Assembly (NCBI RefSeq): GCF_018350175.1
Contig: NC_058368.1
Location: forward strand, 100,938,001-101,002,000
Length of the DNA stretch: 64,000 nt
From: Felis catus
Taxonomy: Eukaryota
Reading direction: 5' to 3'
Within the stretch, counting starts at the first letter, position 1. Every line of letters starts with the position of its first letter. Of the stretch, positions 61,501 through 64,000 are shown in pieces. Made by a program: the position numbers and the translations under genes. The notes below the pieces were generated by a model, which made no database searches, was not told the DNA's origin, and was given only the letters and a program-made list of their open reading frames with translations.

Positions 61501-64000
61501 CCTCTCTAAGAAATGGAAATGACTAAACATTGAAAATTAATAAAAAATCATACTAAGCAAGCTATAGCAATGGGGAAGTTTAATTTGATATCTAAAATGT
61601 AACTTCTATATATTTATTTTATATTTATCTATATTTATATAGAATATTTTTTATTTATTATAGGTTTATATGTATTTATTTACCTATTGAATAAAATTGG
61701 GTATTTAGACCTGACGGAGGTCCCAAGAAGGTGGATCGCTCCAGGGTGCAGTTTTAAGGAGTGATCTTCTTCAGTGCAATCTTCTCATAGAAGAAGTTGT
61801 AAATGAACAGTCATGAGGCCCCACATCACTGCTGGGGTTCTCAGAGAGTGAGATCGTGTGTTTATGAACTGAACAATCTAGTTGAAACTCATGTAATTTC
61901 TCTTGTGCATCTTCGCGCTAATTAATGACAGTCATTTCACTTGTACTTATTATATTACATTAGGTAAACTACCATTTTACACTCTACCTCTGTTTGGATT
62001 GAAGTATTAATCATTTTCTTACAAGCCTCAGCAGAGTTTAGGAGGTATTGCCACCATGTAACTGAATGCTTAACGGACCCACCCTCTTCCCCCAATGCTA
62101 CTTTCTTTACAACTGTAAATCCTGAAATCCACATTGGTGACTTTTATGAAAAATATTATTTGAGAATTTTCAGCGAACAGTTAACAAAAATGCTCACAAA
62201 TTTCTGGAGTTTTCGATGATCCTTTTTTTGCAAGTATATCTTACCTAAAAAAAAAAAAAATGTGATCATCTCTTTGTAGTTACTCTGTTTGGGGAGGCTG
62301 AGCAGGATTAATTCCTGTCCTGGTGTTGCAGTGTAAACAGCTTTTTGCCTGTCTTTTGTCATTAATGATCATGCTGTAGATGTAGCCAGTGCATTGTAAG
62401 CCAATCTGTCAAGGCAAATAAACAATTCACCTTGTTAAAATTCCCTAAATCTTGCATTAATAAAACCAAACTAACCCCCTGAACACTCAAGAGATGTCTT
62501 CCTCCATACTGCGGTGATGGATGGCATGTCTAAAGATCCTGGAAATTAAGTAGTTCAGGTCATTAAAAGTGTCCCACACTTGTTATTGATTTAATTTATT
62601 TTAAAAGGTGGGGGTGGAGATAAGAGTGTTACCCCCCCCCCCATTTTTTTTTTTAATCTGAAAGCTACCACTTGTACACATAATTAAAACTATTGCCTGG
62701 GTTACCAGCTCTGTATTTGTTACAACATTAAGCTTTATTATTCAGATAGGTATTGTATCATCCTGTTAAACAGATATCTAGAAACGAGGAAATGATCACT
62801 GCAACTTGACGGCAGACATTCCTGGGAGCTTCATATATATGATGATTTTTACAGCCTTTGAGTTCCAGGCACTGAAATAATGACCTTAGAGGCACTCCCA
62901 AAATTCCTCGAGTAGATAAAAATTTAGGTGAAGGTCAGTGGAAATAGTAATGAAAGCATGCCCCTGGAAAAGGGATTTTTTTTTTTTCTATTTTGTGTAT
63001 TGCTTTGTTTTCCTGCCTCTTTACTTACTGTCCTTAAGCCTCAGTGGGTATCGCCGGCTATGTAAGGAATAGGAAGAGACCAAGGCAGAGCTGGATTTCC
63101 AGATGAGTCTTCTCCAGCAACTGAAAAGCAGGAAGGTTGAGCCACTAGCATAGTGCAGAGGTCAGCCTATGTTGTTCATTCCATTTCTATGTCCTGAACT
63201 GGGCAACTGTCTGCAAACTGTACTAGAAATACAACCACTCGGTGCGTAAATTATGACTAAAAGCAACAGATTATGTTGAGCTAGGTATTTTATATATACA
63301 TCATTTGGCCTTTTTGTCATTGGAGCCTTATGCATCACGCTGCACAGCTGTACCTGATCAGCCGTGTGAGTGATACTTGACCATCACTTCTCACTGTCCT
63401 GTAAACCACACATGCTTATTGGGGTGTGGGGAGGAGAGCCGTGATACAATATGAAAAGGACCCTTGAAGAGAATTCTGTTACTTTCAGAGATTATTGTAC
63501 AGTCTTTGATGCTTTCTCCATGGTCTTTGAAAACAAAAACAAAACAAAGGTGCGGGAGGGGCAGATGTGCAATCGGTTCACACACCATGGTTCTCTTTGT
63601 AAAAAATAGGTACCCATGAAAATGCACTCTCTAGTTCTCCATTAGATTTCTCCTTGCACTTGCATAATTCGGATAGCCGAGAACTGACATGGTTCTGCCA
63701 TTACGCCACGTCTTTAGCAGCGTTCCCTAAATGGAAGAACAGTATAGATTTTTTTTTTTTTTAGTATATATGCTGATTTACACTTAGTGGTAAAGTTGTT
63801 ACTGACCCTTTAAGTGGAGCTGTCCACAGAGCAATTAATGTCACTTAATCCTAATGCCCAAAGAGGTGAGAGCTGAGGGATCTTGTCTCAATCTTCCAGT
63901 TAGCAAAGCCATATGTAATATTTCCTAAACAATAGCAATCTCTTATAGACACACACACAGCCCAGACCACCTTATCACTCAGTAAGGAAAATTTGATGTA

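Larger units (their letters stand above)
14244..64000 (+). other. SNX24: Long SNX24 intron (at least 49.7 kb); next exon not seen in window
   Basis: No sequence encoding the expected continuation (recalled as AVILENEELPKLF...) was found by eye. Confidence 0.7.

Noticed and set aside
1..64000. CRISPR array, operon, prophage, endogenous viral ORF or processed pseudogene
   Set aside because: No regularly spaced repeat-spacer structure, no long ORFs, and no gag/pol/env or cellular mRNA-like sequence recognised; the DNA is mammalian intron.

Overview
This is eukaryotic (mammalian) genomic DNA from a cat-family carnivore, judged from about 41 CAN-SINE/SINEC_Fc-type elements. The window lies inside the sorting nexin 24 gene (SNX24, + strand). 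Only two coding exons are visible, 1572-1655 (84 nt) and 14139-14243 (105 nt), encoding the core of the PX domain. I did not find the next exon, so 14244-64000 is read as one intron of at least 49.7 kb. The rest is intronic and carries felid SINEs (many with target-site duplications, several nested), old L1/HAL1/L2/MIR remnants, MaLR/ERVL solo LTRs, hAT MITEs and microsatellites. The other ORFs in the supplied track look spurious. I see no prokaryote-style system (CRISPR, operon, defence island) and no convincing novel gene. The most notable signals are: two candidate recursive-splice (YAG|GTAAG) sites in the long intron; a candidate poison exon and a 33-nt in-frame cassette; a stop-free exon 2-3 circle; a SINE dimer enclosed by one TSD; SINE-in-SINE nests; repeat-poor enhancer-like blocks; and an unexplained 30-bp dispersed duplicate. 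Repeat family names are from visual recognition, not RepeatMasker, and old-repeat boundaries are approximate.
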